Positions 1 through 11,944 of a stretch of 64,000 nucleotides of DNA are shown one piece after another. The notes below the pieces were generated by a model. It was not told the DNA's origin and ran no database searches. It saw nothing but the letters and a program-made list of their open reading frames with translations. Each line of letters begins with the position of its first letter. Positions within the stretch are counted from its first letter, which is position 1. The stretch lies in assembly GCA_012295275.1 (NCBI GenBank), contig CM022675.1, forward strand, positions 682,001 through 746,000. Reading direction: 5' to 3'. Made by a program: the position numbers and the translations under genes. Source of the DNA: Chrysomallon squamiferum. Taxonomy: Eukaryota; Animalia; Mollusca.

Positions 1-116
1 ACGTTTAAGAAAAACAACAAAAAGCCAAACATGGCTGAAGAAATAAAAACTACTATTGGTCTGCACTCTCTCAAACCTGGCACATTGACACAGAAAATCA
101 TCAGGCGAGGTAAAAA

Positions 117-1293
117 CTAGGAACCAGTGCTTGACGACGTGAAGGGGGGCCGCCCAAGGGCAAAGTTCGTGATGTAGCCGTCCTGCACGGGGGGGTGCTG
201 AGTGACGCTGACCGTGGGGGGAGGAGGCTGTGCGGCTGCCCTCGCGGGCAGTGAACCCGTAGCGTGTTGGAGAGAAGCCATGGAATGTGTCAGTGAGAAC
301 TGCAGCTCCTGCTTGCTGCTTGTGTAGTCTGCGACCGTCGTTTGAGCGTGCTGGGCGGGGAACTTGTTCACCGACCCTCCTAGGTTCACCGTCTGCGCGA
401 AGGGAACGCGCGACAAGGGGAAGCCGTTCTTCGTACACACCCGCGCCAGACACCGCGGGCGACGTCCACGACATGTGACTTGGGTCCACCGACGTCAGCT
501 GCTGAGGGTGCGGGTGTGGGTGCGGGTGTGGATGTGGGTGTGGTTGTTGGGCCACGTGGGCGAGGCTCTGAGCCGCGTCGACTCGGAGGTGGTCGTTGAT
601 GGAGGAAGTGGATTTCTGCAGCTGCGATGCCGAGGTCTGTGGGGACATCACCAGCTGCTGCGCGAAGAGCCGTGTACGGCAGGTTGCCGTGGTAACCGGC
701 GAGCAGTGGGGCCTGCGAGGCAGAGAAGACAGGGGGGTGTGACACCCCGGTGGTCCTGTTTGGAACTGCCATGCTGCTGCTTCTAGCCGTCACGACGGCA
801 GGCGCATAGCCTGCGAGACAAGACGGCACTGTTGTGTACAACGTGTTAGCCCCAGGAAAAACTACTCCGCGATGTGTCACGGGTCCCAGCAGTCCACCTG
901 CACCGACTCCGGGACTCGAGTTCAAACCATGGACGCGGTTGAGCAGCTGCGCAGTCAGAGTGGTCGGCATCACACTGGTGACAGCAGCAGCAGCAGCAGC
1001 AACATGTGTGGTGGCTGCCGACGTGCGCAAATGGCTTCCTGTTGTTTCTGCTGTGACTTCGTTTCCTGATTTCCCGATCCCACCATCCATGGCGCTGTTT
1101 GAGGCAAACTGGGCTGTGAGAGATTCTGCAAACGATCTTGTGAGTTCTTCAGTCAGAGCCTCCTCTGTCATGTCCCCTTTCAGCAGCTTCTCCAGCGTGT
1201 CTTTCACAGAGTACACGTCTTTAGTGGCCTCTGCTAGAGCCCGCTCCAGTGCCTCAGTCTCCTCAGTCGACGGTTCATACTCACCATTTCTTC
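117..1293 (-). CDS. INO80D: INO80D last coding exon (low-complexity tail; as written stops at 386)
   Basis: Acceptor ttttcag|GAAGAAAT at 1293 in phase with the previous exon; GC-rich coding-like sequence continues to TAG at 117-119 via two apparent frame changes near 665 and 433. Confidence 0.75.
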
Positions 1294-2315
1294 CTGAAAA
1301 AATTAGTAAAATTATCATCCTAGACTCCTTTAAGACTCCACTATCAGTTTTCAAAAACTAGTTTATATAACATTCAACATCAAGAATCTTTCCTCATCAT
1401 ACCAATTTAATTTCTTTCTTTCTTTCTGGTTTTTTTTTTCTTCTCTTTTATCTTAATTAAATTTTAATTTAACAACCTGATTGTATTTATAAAAAAATAT
1501 TTTAATTCTAAATATAATCTGTGCAAAAATAAAAAAACTTAGTCACTGAGTAGTTTTAACTAAAACATTGTACATTTCACGAAGTTCTGGATCAAATTAA
1601 TAAAACCGTTCTTTTATATCTACTATACATTAAAGTTCAGGTCATGCTCTTAAAGCAGTAACCAGCTTGAGATTTTAAAACATTGATGTAGCCTTTTTTC
1701 CATTAAAGTAATTTAGAACAATCTAAGCTTCAGAGAATAGTTTAGTAATACTTTAAGATTCAGAGAATAGTTTAGTAATAATCTAAGATTCAGAGAATAG
1801 TTTAGTAACAATCTAAGATTCAGAGAACAGTTTAGTAACAATCTAAGATTCAGAGAACAGTTTAGTAACAATCTAAGATTCAGAGAATAGTTTAGTAACA
1901 ATCTAAGATTCAGAGAATAGTTTAGTAACAATCTAGAACTGCAGAACTATTTAGTAATAACCCAGACTTAATTAACAGTTTAGTAATAATGTACAACAAG
2001 AACATAGTTCAGTAACAATCTATATAATTACAGAAGAGTTTAGTCAAATCTAGAATTAGAGAAGTTTAGTAAGAATCTAGAAACAGAGAAGAGTTTAGTA
2101 AAAATCTAGAACTAGAGAACAATATAGGAATAATCTAGAATTAGAGAAGAGTTTAGTAATAGTCTAAGACAGTCAAAGTGTAACGGTACATACCTGAGAA
2201 AATATCGAATGCATCGTCAGGTATTTTGTTGAAAACCTCCTGAAAGTCTTGTTCTTCCAGCAGTCTGGAGGCCTGCTCCAGTGGCAATTCACCAAACGCT
2301 TTACCAATGTCTGAA

Positions 2316-2347
<32 letters not shown>

Positions 2348-5300
2348 GATAATAAATAACAATAGTGATCATAATTAAATTATTAATAGTAATAATAATA
2401 ATAAATAATAATAATAATAATAATATATAAATAATAATAATAATAATAATATATAAATAATATATAAATAATAATAATAATAATAAATAATAATAATAAT
2501 CATAATCATAATGAAATCAAGAGCAACAACACAACAATACTTGTAATAAATAAAAGATAAAATGCGTGAACAAACTTTCATGAAACATGTTTATTTTAAT
2601 GCAACAGTAGTTTAAAAACATCACTTATCTGATTTTGTATTGAATAAACAAATAACAAACGACTCTGACTGTTGAAATGAATACACGTAATTAGTGAAAC
2701 TTTCAGAAACATGTTTATGTTAATGCAACAATAATTCAAAAACGTCACTTATCTGATTTTCTACTGAATAAACAAGTAAGAAACAAGTGTGACTGTTGAA
2801 AAGAAGACAGTAAAACTAAAGAAGAAACCTTCAATGCGGCCAGGTGGCAGCATCTCCTCCAGAGCGACACCACTGAGAGCTGGTTCAAACGTTTTGTCAT
2901 CCTTGCTGGTGTTGGCAGATGAAACGTCAGCAGAGCCGATGTCGATGTCAGAATCTTCAGATTCTTCTGGAACCACTGCAGTGGATTCAACGTCAACATC
3001 GACGTTTGAACCCGACTCCTCGCCATTCTCCTCATCCACCGCAGCTGTAAACATCATCATTGGAATTTGTTAATCATTTTTAAAATTTTTTTTATTTTAT
3101 TTTTTGTTTTATTATTTTGTTTCACTATTTTTGCATCTGGTCAAAATGTTTTTCTTGTCTACATTTTCAGTTTGTTCTTGTTTGTCATTATTTAATTTTT
3201 AATGAAGGCACAATCATAACAAGAAGTACAATATACAAGTTAAAATTATCTCCTTCTGTTTTTCTTTTTTTTTTATCTATTTATTTATTTTTAGATTATT
3301 ATTGTTGACTTTAGTCATCTAACAAATATAGTCCACAATTTTAGTTACCAGAGTTTTCAGTAGTATGTATAGTTGGTTTTTCAAAAAATTATTTTCAGTG
3401 CTTTAAATTAAAACTTTTAAATAAATTATTGTTCACCTTTGTCATTTTGTCAACTATCATTCACAATTTCAATTACAACACATTTTTGTGCAAGTGCTAG
3501 TCTTTTATGATTAGTATTATATTTTTAATTTAAATTATTTTTTAATTTTGTTCAAATTTTTGAAATTATATGCATGAAATAATATATAGCCCTGTCTTAT
3601 AATATGTCCTGAAGAATAATGACAGACACTGCATGTTCTATATCAACTGTGAGAAAATGATTCTGACTGAAACTTTAAATTTACTTTTGAAATCAATGTA
3701 ACTGTGTGGGAAAAACTCACAAAATATGATTTTAAAATAAACAAACCGGTTTCTTCAGGCTGAGATCCAGACTCTGGGATGGGTTTTTGTGGACGGACGT
3801 AACGAGATTTCTTTTTTTTCTTTCCTTTTCTTGGGGGGCGAGTTAGTGCGGGGGGCTTTGTTTTCTTTCGAGGTCGTTTTCGACTTTCTCCATGTAGAGT
3901 CTTCTGATAATTGTCCTGTGACAGAAACACAGTTTACTTAATACAATGTGAACCTTTCCAACAAAACTGGCCTCAAGTCAAGTTTCAAAATTGTAAATGG
4001 AAGATTTTGTCATGAAAATCATACAGATATATATTCAACATATAATTAAAAATGACATATAATTAATGTACACATGCTAAATCAGTACTGTCTATATATG
4101 TATTATTTTTATCTACTGCTCTCTTTCTACATTTCTAGTTCATTATCCATCTCTGACCTGGCAGAGATATCCACACACACACAGATAACATTTAAATACA
4201 AACATAAACACACTAACAATGCACACATACACACATACAAATTTACACACTCACACACACATGCACTCAGAAACTTACAGATACTAACACAGACATTGGC
4301 AGACTTGTGTCACAAAGACACATGCATATTGTAACATTATTTTTATTTGTCACAAACGTGTAAGTAAACAATTTTTAACTTGACAAATCAGTAAAAACCT
4401 AACATAACAAAAATATATCTCTATTACAAGACAAGTAACAGGAGTTCTTTAACACTTACAGCCTTGGCTCCATGTTCTGCACAGAGAGGGAGTTCATGTC
4501 GGATGTCAAAGACAGGAACACAGCACTGAGTGTTGTCTGCAAACTTCGCTGTACAGTAGTCAAACAGCTGCTGTTCAACATTGTACATTATGTCTTTGTA
4601 CAGTTAAAGAATTATTCAACACTAGTAAAATTATTAATTTAATAAAGAATTAACATACAGTAGTAAAAATTATAAATTTAATAAAGAATTATAAACTGAA
4701 GAAAGAATTATAAATTTAATAAAAATTTATATAAATATGCAAACTATGATAATTTCTATGGCATATTTCTCTACTGGGAAATACACAAACACAAAAAGAA
4801 AAGTCAATATAACCATACACACATACATACAGACATATACAGATTCAGTCGCTGACTCCTTTTTTTTTTTTTTTCTCTCTCTCTCTCTCACACACACACA
4901 AATAATTTACAAATAGCTGTAAGTTCTAATGAAATCAAAAAACAAAACAAGTAATAAACGTGTAAAAAGACAAAGGATACGCTTTAAGCAATGGTTTGTG
5001 TACGGCAGAGCCCGATTCTTGCACTGAACTTCATCACTGTCTTTTATTAAACACGGCCGATGTTCCAAACCTCGCTTCTTGTATCTGAAACAAAACCACA
5101 TCACTCATCATTACTGCTGTGCTTGTCATTATTTTCACTATTACTGCTATTATTTTCATTATTTTCACATTATTTTTAAAACAATTCTGAGTGTTTTCTA
5201 TTATTATTACGGTTACTGTTATTATATTTAGTATTATTACTATTATTCTTATTAATATCACATTTTTTATTATTATCATAATCATTGCTATTATACTACT

Positions 5301-8300
5301 ACTGCAGTATCAGAAAAATAAAAACAAAAAACACACACCAAAAAGTTGAATTATTGTTATAAAAAAGTGAAATAGTATTTCACTCATATTAAATTTTAAT
5401 CTTTATTTTTTCAACCTATTTAAATAATCATGCTAATTTTCAACAACATAACTTATTATTTTTAAAAATACATTAATTTCATGCATCTTTCGACAGTAAG
5501 AAATGAGTATATAAATAATTTTTTTACTGACTTGTCTACTGGTTTTGAAGACCGTTTAATAATTTTCCACAGCGCACGCAGAGCTGCACACGAGTTGTCG
5601 CGAATCGCCTTGACGAGGGCGAGTGTCGCCTGGTTGTTGGCTCTGCGTATTCGAGTGTTGCTGCGCGTGGCCAGTCTGGACTGGTTACACTGCCGACGAA
5701 GTCGTGCTCGTAACAAAGCCAGCTTTGTCGCTCGCACGTGTAGCGGGAGATCATCATCTTGACTGTGAAATAAATAATTAGATTATTTTTAAAATATATT
5801 CACTTCTGTATCATTTGTGTGTAGCAGGAGATCATCATCTTGTCTGAAATAAATAACTAGATTATATTTAAACTGCAGTTTCTGTATCACTTGTGTGTAG
5901 CAGGAGATCATCATCTTGTCTGAAATAAATAACTAGATTATATTTAAACTGCTGCTTCTGTATCACTTGTGTGTAAAGGGAGATTACCTCAACTGAAATA
6001 AATAATTAGATTGTTCTTAAAACATATCTACTACAGTTTCTACATTACTTGCATGTGTAAAGGGAGATAATCTTGACTATGAAATTAACAACTACCCTGT
6101 TAATAGATATGATTAATAGTGCTTCTTTCTTGTGTAAAGGTAGATAATGTTTTTGACTATCTTGAAAGTACATTTACTAATGGTTCCATGTAACTTGCAT
6201 ACCTATAGGGATATTGTCTTGACTGTAAATTAAATAACTGAGCTGTTCTTAAAATATATTTACAACTATTTAGTCCTTATAATTAATTTTAAATGAAAAT
6301 GGTGTAATAGTGGTTCATAACATTTACTCAGCTATGTTGACTAAAAAAGTTTATAAAAATGTTTGGATAAACACTAATTTTGGGGGATTGTTGGTTTTTT
6401 TCTCTCACCGTCTCTTATTTTTGAAGTGTTTTAGGACAGTTATCTTAAATAATGTAAACCATGCAATACATTTGCATTTACTTGTACATATTCATTATCA
6501 GGCAAGCACTATTTTCAGTTATTATTATTAGTCACTGTTTTGTACTGAACACAGGAAGGATGGGGAGTATTTTGTGGGGATAAACAAACTAATTCAGGTA
6601 CCCTAATTCAGTAGTTTTCTTTTACTGTAAAAACAATCTGGTTTAACAGAACTAAGCTGTTAAAATAAGCTATCAAATGATAACTGTGTTAAGCAATGTT
6701 TTGAGAGAAAAAACATTAACTTAATTCAAAACTGAAAGGGATTTTTAAATGAACAAAATAAAAAATGTATATTTTAGTTGTGTCTGAAACTTTTCTTCTC
6801 AACTGATTGTTTTTCTGGCCAATAACCCATGCAAATCGGAGTGGAGTATCAGTATTACAAAAGCTCTATATTCTTACAGTGTGAAGGTCTAGCTTTGACA
6901 ATCAGAAAGTTAATATGCTAGATCAGATCTCCTCAGTGTTCCTGCCAAACATTTCAAATTGCAAAACCATCAAAATGTTTTATTAATAATACAAATTCAC
7001 CAAACTACCTGTGCAAACTGTTTTAACAACAAAGAAATATAAAAGTGAAAAAACAACAAACTACTCACTCATCTTCATTATTCTCCTCATCTGAAGAAGC
7101 AGAAAACCAGTCGGGTTGCCATGGCAACATATCAACATCTTCATCTTCACTGACCTCATCATCTGAACTGCACAAACCTTTGTAAAGAAAATTCTAAATG
7201 TGTCAACAGATACCTTAAAACACATCTCAAATTATTGTTACTGACAATTAAAAAAACAAAAAAACTCTTTTAAACATTACACCTTATGAAAAACATACAT
7301 TATTCATTATGTACAACTACTGTAACTAAAAATAAAGTTTTTATAATTATTTAAACATTCTTCTTTACTTTATTTCCAGTCTATTGTTATGTAATGTTCA
7401 TTTCAGCATCTGATGAATATATTTCATTAACTCTCGACTGAAATTTATTTAATTCTTTAGACCCAGGCAACAAACAGGTTATTGACAATGTTGTAATTAT
7501 CTTTTATTAAGTTTTATCCAGGATGATGAACTGTCAAGAATCAAGTTTAACAAAGCCATTAATTTAAGTTTTAACATTTTCTATTCATTCACCTTAATAG
7601 AATTTAGTAGTATTGTCATTAACAGTGTTTGGGTGGATTTTTAATCTTTTATTTTAGCTTTCTTTACCTTTTTCTCTATTGATGACATATCCCATATCAC
7701 ATCATTTCTAGTAATTTAGATTTTACAGAAACTATGTGGTAATATTAATTTTTAATGGTGCACAACTTCAGACAAACACTTAAACAAAAGAAATAAAATT
7801 TTAATTATGACTGTTTCTTTATTATGAATGGAAAAGATCAAGTTTTAACAAAGTAAAAGTGACACTATCTGTTTTTCTTTGCCACAATCTTTTGTCAACC
7901 CACTGTTACGAACTATTATATAATGCAGGTAAAATAGAAGTATTTTTTAACCAGAACATATTATTTAAAAAAAGAAAAGAAATGTGCAGAGGAGAACAGG
8001 TCAGTATCTCTTAGTGTTACTCATCTGTTTATCAGTTTGAACTGAGAAAACTTATGAAATATTTTATGTAATATGGAGCAGTTAAACACTTCAGGATTAT
8101 CTGGGAAATATTTAATTTTCACAGTTACTGTTTCTGACAGCAGTGACTGCTTAGTGTCGACAGTTATAAATAAATAAACCCTAAATTAATCTTAAAGACT
8201 AAAAGTTAACATTTGATTTTGGAGTTGTCAATGTTGCTCTAAGTAATATTGCACATACTGTTTATTGATTACAACTAATATTAATTAAATGTTTATACCA

Positions 8301-11300
8301 GTATTGTCATTTGTAAATCATTTAATATGCTTGAGTATGATGGCCTCCAAAACTGTGGTTATGATCAAAAGTCTGTAAGACTAATGTTGCACTGTATGTT
8401 TGTGTCAGTGCACACACACAGAATCGGATTTAGGTATGATTAATAATCTAACATTTCATCATTAGTGGCAAAGGAAGCAATTGGTACAAATGTCTGCCCC
8501 CAGACAGAGGACATTATTCTCATTTGAATAAATACATTCTTTGGTTGTACTCATTATGTTCATGATAAAATTCAGTTAATAATTCTCGTTTGGAATTTTG
8601 ATGTTTGTCCACATCTAGAGGGATTGTTGTGTGGCAATTGTCCTCTGTGACAAAACATAAGATGTAACAATGGCATGACATCAAATGAACTGACGCTAGG
8701 TGCAGTTACAGTGATCAATCTCTGCACCGGTTCCTGTTACCACTGCAGTAAAACAGGAAGAACTGACAGAAGTTTCCAGTGATACTACTGAACATCAGCT
8801 ATTTAATTTTTATTAATTTTAAGATACTTTGAAAAATTATGTTATATTGTAAAAATCAACAAAGTATTGACAGTTTAATTATGTTAAGCAGCATGTAGTT
8901 CTATAATAATAAAGGGCAATTCCACAATGCAGAAATTGACTTTACATTGAGCTGGCCGATTCCCTACTTGGTGAAAGATCAATCCACTATTATTCATTTA
9001 AAAGGCTTGTCTGTTGGTTAATTATTAAGATAGCAAGAACTCTAATGTTGAAACTATTATATCAAACCTCATAAGAAATAAATACCAGTCTCAAAAACAA
9101 ATTATTTCTATTAATTTATCTCTGGCATTTCATTTAAAATTAAAATAGTCCATGACATTCACAGATATACTTCAATCAAATTATCACCACATTTCCACTA
9201 CTATTAATTTATCCAAAAACAAATAAATTTAAAAAAAATAAATAATAATAATCTACAAACCATGATCGATCAGATATCGATTCTGAAGTTTCCTTTTTGC
9301 ATAAAACGAATAATAATTCACAGCAGATTCAGATTTCAAGCACGTCCTTGCATCTTTTGCACTGAAGATATTTTTTAATCGCTGAGGTCGTGTTAATAAT
9401 ACTGTAGTTTTAGCTGTCACACTTGATACTGGTACCGATGACTGGGGTGGTACGTAGGGAGGGGGTGGTGGTAACCGCGGTGATGCTACTTTGACGACAG
9501 GATCTAGTAACGGCACCGTCTGCTGTTGAGAAGATTTGGAGGAGACCTGCGTCACAGGAGCAGGAACTGACAAGGAGACTGTCGCAGGAACAGGGGCAGT
9601 AGATGAAACAGGGAGGGGTGGCTGAGATGCCGTCAACAGTCTCGGGTAAGGAGGTGGTGAAATATGAGGTGACAGAAGTCTTTGTGATATGGATGAGTGA
9701 TTTAGTGTCTGTTGAAAGCCCGTAACATTTTTAACTCTATCGCGAGAAGCACCATCAAAAACTGAATTAGTTGTTCCTGTCACTGGAATATCTGTCCTCG
9801 TAGTAGGCAGTCCCGATGAACTCAGGATGCCTGACACTTTCTGAACAGTTGAAACGCTGTGAACATTTGAAACACTGTGAACATTTGAAACACTGTGGAT
9901 ATTTGAAACACTGTGCACGCTAGAAACACTCGACGCAGACGGAACAGTGGAAACTGTTGAAACATTTGTAATACTCGACACAGTAGGAACAGTTAACACC
10001 GAAGCCACTTGAGCCTGCACTGCAGATAAATGACTTGTAACCACTGGAGCGGAAACATTCTCTACCAACGGACTCGTCTGCTGCACCATCCCGGGACTCA
10101 TGTCTCTTTGATCAGGACTCGGCATCGATGCAGGACTCACAGACGCATTGGATCCCGACTCCTGTGATTTCCGCAGCTTGTCCTTGATTTTGTTCTGAGC
10201 TATTTTAGTCTGCAGTTTGTTCATCGTCCGAGAACTCCGTATCCTTCCTTTTTCCTTTATAACGCGAGGTTCGATTTTTGGTCTGATTTTCTCCAGTTTT
10301 TCTGCCAGCTCGGGATAAAGCCTGGCGATGGATGAGGTGCCACACTGGGTGGGTTTAGACTGTAACATGGGACTGTTTAAAGTTTCGCCGAACTGCAGGC
10401 TGCACACAGGCTGGTTGTTGACCACTGCAGACTCTTTGACTGGATCTGGGAAGGCGTAAGGGTCGTCTGGGTCCTCCACAGAGATCTCTTTGTTTCGAAG
10501 CATTTCACTTTTCAGTTTGGTCATGTTGTTGTTTTTTGATTTCATTCGATCACGGAATGGCAGACGGTTGTCTGGGATGCTGTTTGTTTCTTTCTCTTTC
10601 TTTGGTTTCCTTTCTTTTCTTGGCAGCATCCCAAGAACCTGCATATGATTGTTACAGTATCTGAAAGGTTAAAAAAAGAGAAATGTGAGAATCAACAAAT
10701 AAATTAATAGAAAACTTTTGTTAAATAACCTTAATATACTTTCTCGTGTTGTTATTGTTTGTAAAAACAAGCTTTGTTAATTCAAATCCTGAGTACAATT
10801 GGTGACAAATGTGCAAAAGTTACCAACAGACTTTTACTCCCTGGCAGAGCATGAGACAACAGAGGTAACCACCAATTAATTATTCATCCAAAATTCTCTT
10901 CTAATTATTTCTATAACCAAAGTCTGAAACAAGACACAGAACTGATCTATCTAATGGTTTAAAAAACTGAAGTCTTGAAATCTTTCTCCAAGGTTATCTA
11001 CTATTTACAAAACGTAAACACTCATCATTTATGTTTATTAATGTTTGCGAATCTGTGAACAGGAACACACTGCATCTCTGCACAACCTAACTATTTACAT
11101 AAATGTTTTATTAATGCTTATATGTCCATATCCAACAAGAATATAACAAATCAGAAAAATGTGCAAAATGAATTGATACAAGTATAACAATGCTTGTTTC
11201 CACATAAGAGGTCATTTGGTTTTTGAACAAATGAAGTGTAAATATGCTAGTTTGCTACCTTTGACTGAGACAGTTCAAAGTGCAAATATATTACGTTGGA

Positions 11301-11944
11301 AAAAACTAGCTGTATTTTTAAGTGCTACTAAGACAAACATCATCCTGAAAATTATTTTATTTATCTGCTAATTATTAAACTGGTGTTCATATTTGTTACA
11401 TAACAGTTTTCACACAGTCAAACATGCCTTAAGTTGCTTTCTTAAACAGGCAGTAAAAAACTGCAAGAAGCAGTGGAGATATTATAATAATAAAAATGTA
11501 TAATTTCTAGGATCTAGAATAATATTTTCATTACATCTAGAATAATATTTCTTTTACTGGGACATTTTGGATTATCCCAACCCTAGAAGTGACAACTGTG
11601 ACAAGATAAAAAATTTCACAGAATAAATAACACAAGTAAAATAATTTAACATAACAAATCAGCATTATATGTCATTCAGATTTTCATTCGCACATTCGTG
11701 ATATATAATATTTAATATTTTCACACCTTCTGTCTTCATTTTTGGGAATTGCTTGTGTGCACATCTGATTACTGGACTTGGCAACATAGGCGCATCGTCG
11801 AAACGGTGCTGTTGGGTCCTCGAGAATATGGCGCACACAAAAACCAAAACCATTTAGTCGCCTTTGATTGCAGAGTTTTGAGCTGAACGAACATAGGGGT
11901 TTGTTGTCGACGACCGAGTAATGTATGTTCTTGCCTTCGTACAT
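117..11944 (-). CDS. INO80D: INO80 complex subunit D, whole coding span (10 coding exons)
   Basis: N-terminus MYEGKNIHYSVVDNKPLCSFSSKLCNQRRLNGFGFCVRHILED and internal CTAKFADNTQCCVPVFDIRHELPLCAEH match vertebrate INO80D zf-C3Hc3H domains. Exons 11944-11727, 10660-9261, 7177-7069, 5762-5532, 5084-4981, 4593-4460, 3915-3747, 3044-2829, 2310-2194, 1293-(386 as written, or 117 if two indels are corrected) join in frame with GT-AG ends. Confidence 0.93.
1712..2165. repeat. 30-bp intronic minisatellite (TTTAGTAACAATCTAAGATTCAGAGAATAG), degenerate after ~1940
   Basis: About 7 near-perfect units at 30-bp spacing, then shorter degenerate units. Confidence 0.92.
2194..2310 (-). CDS. INO80D: INO80D coding exon 9
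   Basis: ttcag|ACATTGG ... TTCTCAG|gtatgt; DIGKAFGELPLEQASRLLEEQDFQEVFNKIPDDAFDIFS. Confidence 0.88.
2572..2800. repeat. ~125-bp imperfect tandem duplication in intron
   Basis: AAACTTTCA..GAAACATGTTTAT..TCACTTATCTGATTTT..TGACTGTTGAAA at 2572 and again at 2697. Confidence 0.8.
2829..3044 (-). CDS. INO80D: INO80D coding exon 8 (acidic)
   Basis: ttacag|CTGCGGTG ... ATTGAAG|gtttct; phase-consistent with both neighbours. Confidence 0.85.
3747..3915 (-). CDS. INO80D: INO80D coding exon 7 (basic, NLS-like RKKTKPPALT)
   Basis: cacag|GACAAT ... GAAACCG|gtttgt; KPRKKTKPPALT-type motif known from INO80D. Confidence 0.9.
4460..4593 (-). CDS. INO80D: INO80D coding exon 6 (second zinc-finger region)
   Basis: aaag|ACATAATG ... 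GCCAAGGCT|gtaagt; HIMYNVEQQLFDYCTAKFADNTQCCVPVFDIRHELPLCAEHGAKA. Confidence 0.92.
4594..4980 (-). other. U12-type (minor spliceosome) GT-AG intron in INO80D
   Basis: 5' site GTATCCTTT; branch site TTCTTTAAC at 4611-4603, ~10 nt from the terminal AG; no polypyrimidine tract. Confidence 0.88.
4981..5084 (-). CDS. INO80D: INO80D coding exon 5
   Basis: tttcag|ATACAAG ... TTAAAGC|gtatcc; YKKRGLEHRPCLIKDSDEVQCKNRALPYTNHCLK. Confidence 0.9.
5532..5762 (-). CDS. INO80D: INO80D coding exon 4
   Basis: tttcacag|TCAAGAT ... GACAA|gtcagt; CpG-rich coding-like ORF in phase with neighbours. Confidence 0.85.
5790..6250. repeat. ~76-bp degenerate tandem repeat copied from the INO80D exon 4 acceptor junction
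   Basis: GTGTAGCAGGAGATCATCATCTTGTCTGAAATAAATAACTAGATT at ~5819 and ~5895 copies the real junction at 5740-5784; more diverged copies to ~6250. Confidence 0.8.
7069..7177 (-). CDS. INO80D: INO80D coding exon 3 (acidic; not in ORF track)
   Basis: tacaaag|GTTTGTGC ... GATGA|gtgagt; GLCSSDDEVSEDEEDVDMLPWQPDWFSASSDEENNED; bridges phases 1 and 2. Confidence 0.85.
9261..10660 (-). CDS. INO80D: INO80D coding exon 2 (1400 nt, Ser/Val/Pro-rich with VSNVHS repeats)
   Basis: tttcag|ATACTGT gives R-YCNNHMQVLGMLPRKERK, continuing the first zinc finger; donor CATG|gtttgt. Confidence 0.92.
11727..11944 (-). CDS. INO80D: INO80D coding exon 1 (exon extends as 5'UTR to acceptor at 12000)
   Basis: ATG at 11944 (MYEGK); donor AG|gtgtga; acceptor ttttcag|GAGG at 12000. 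Confidence 0.95.
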
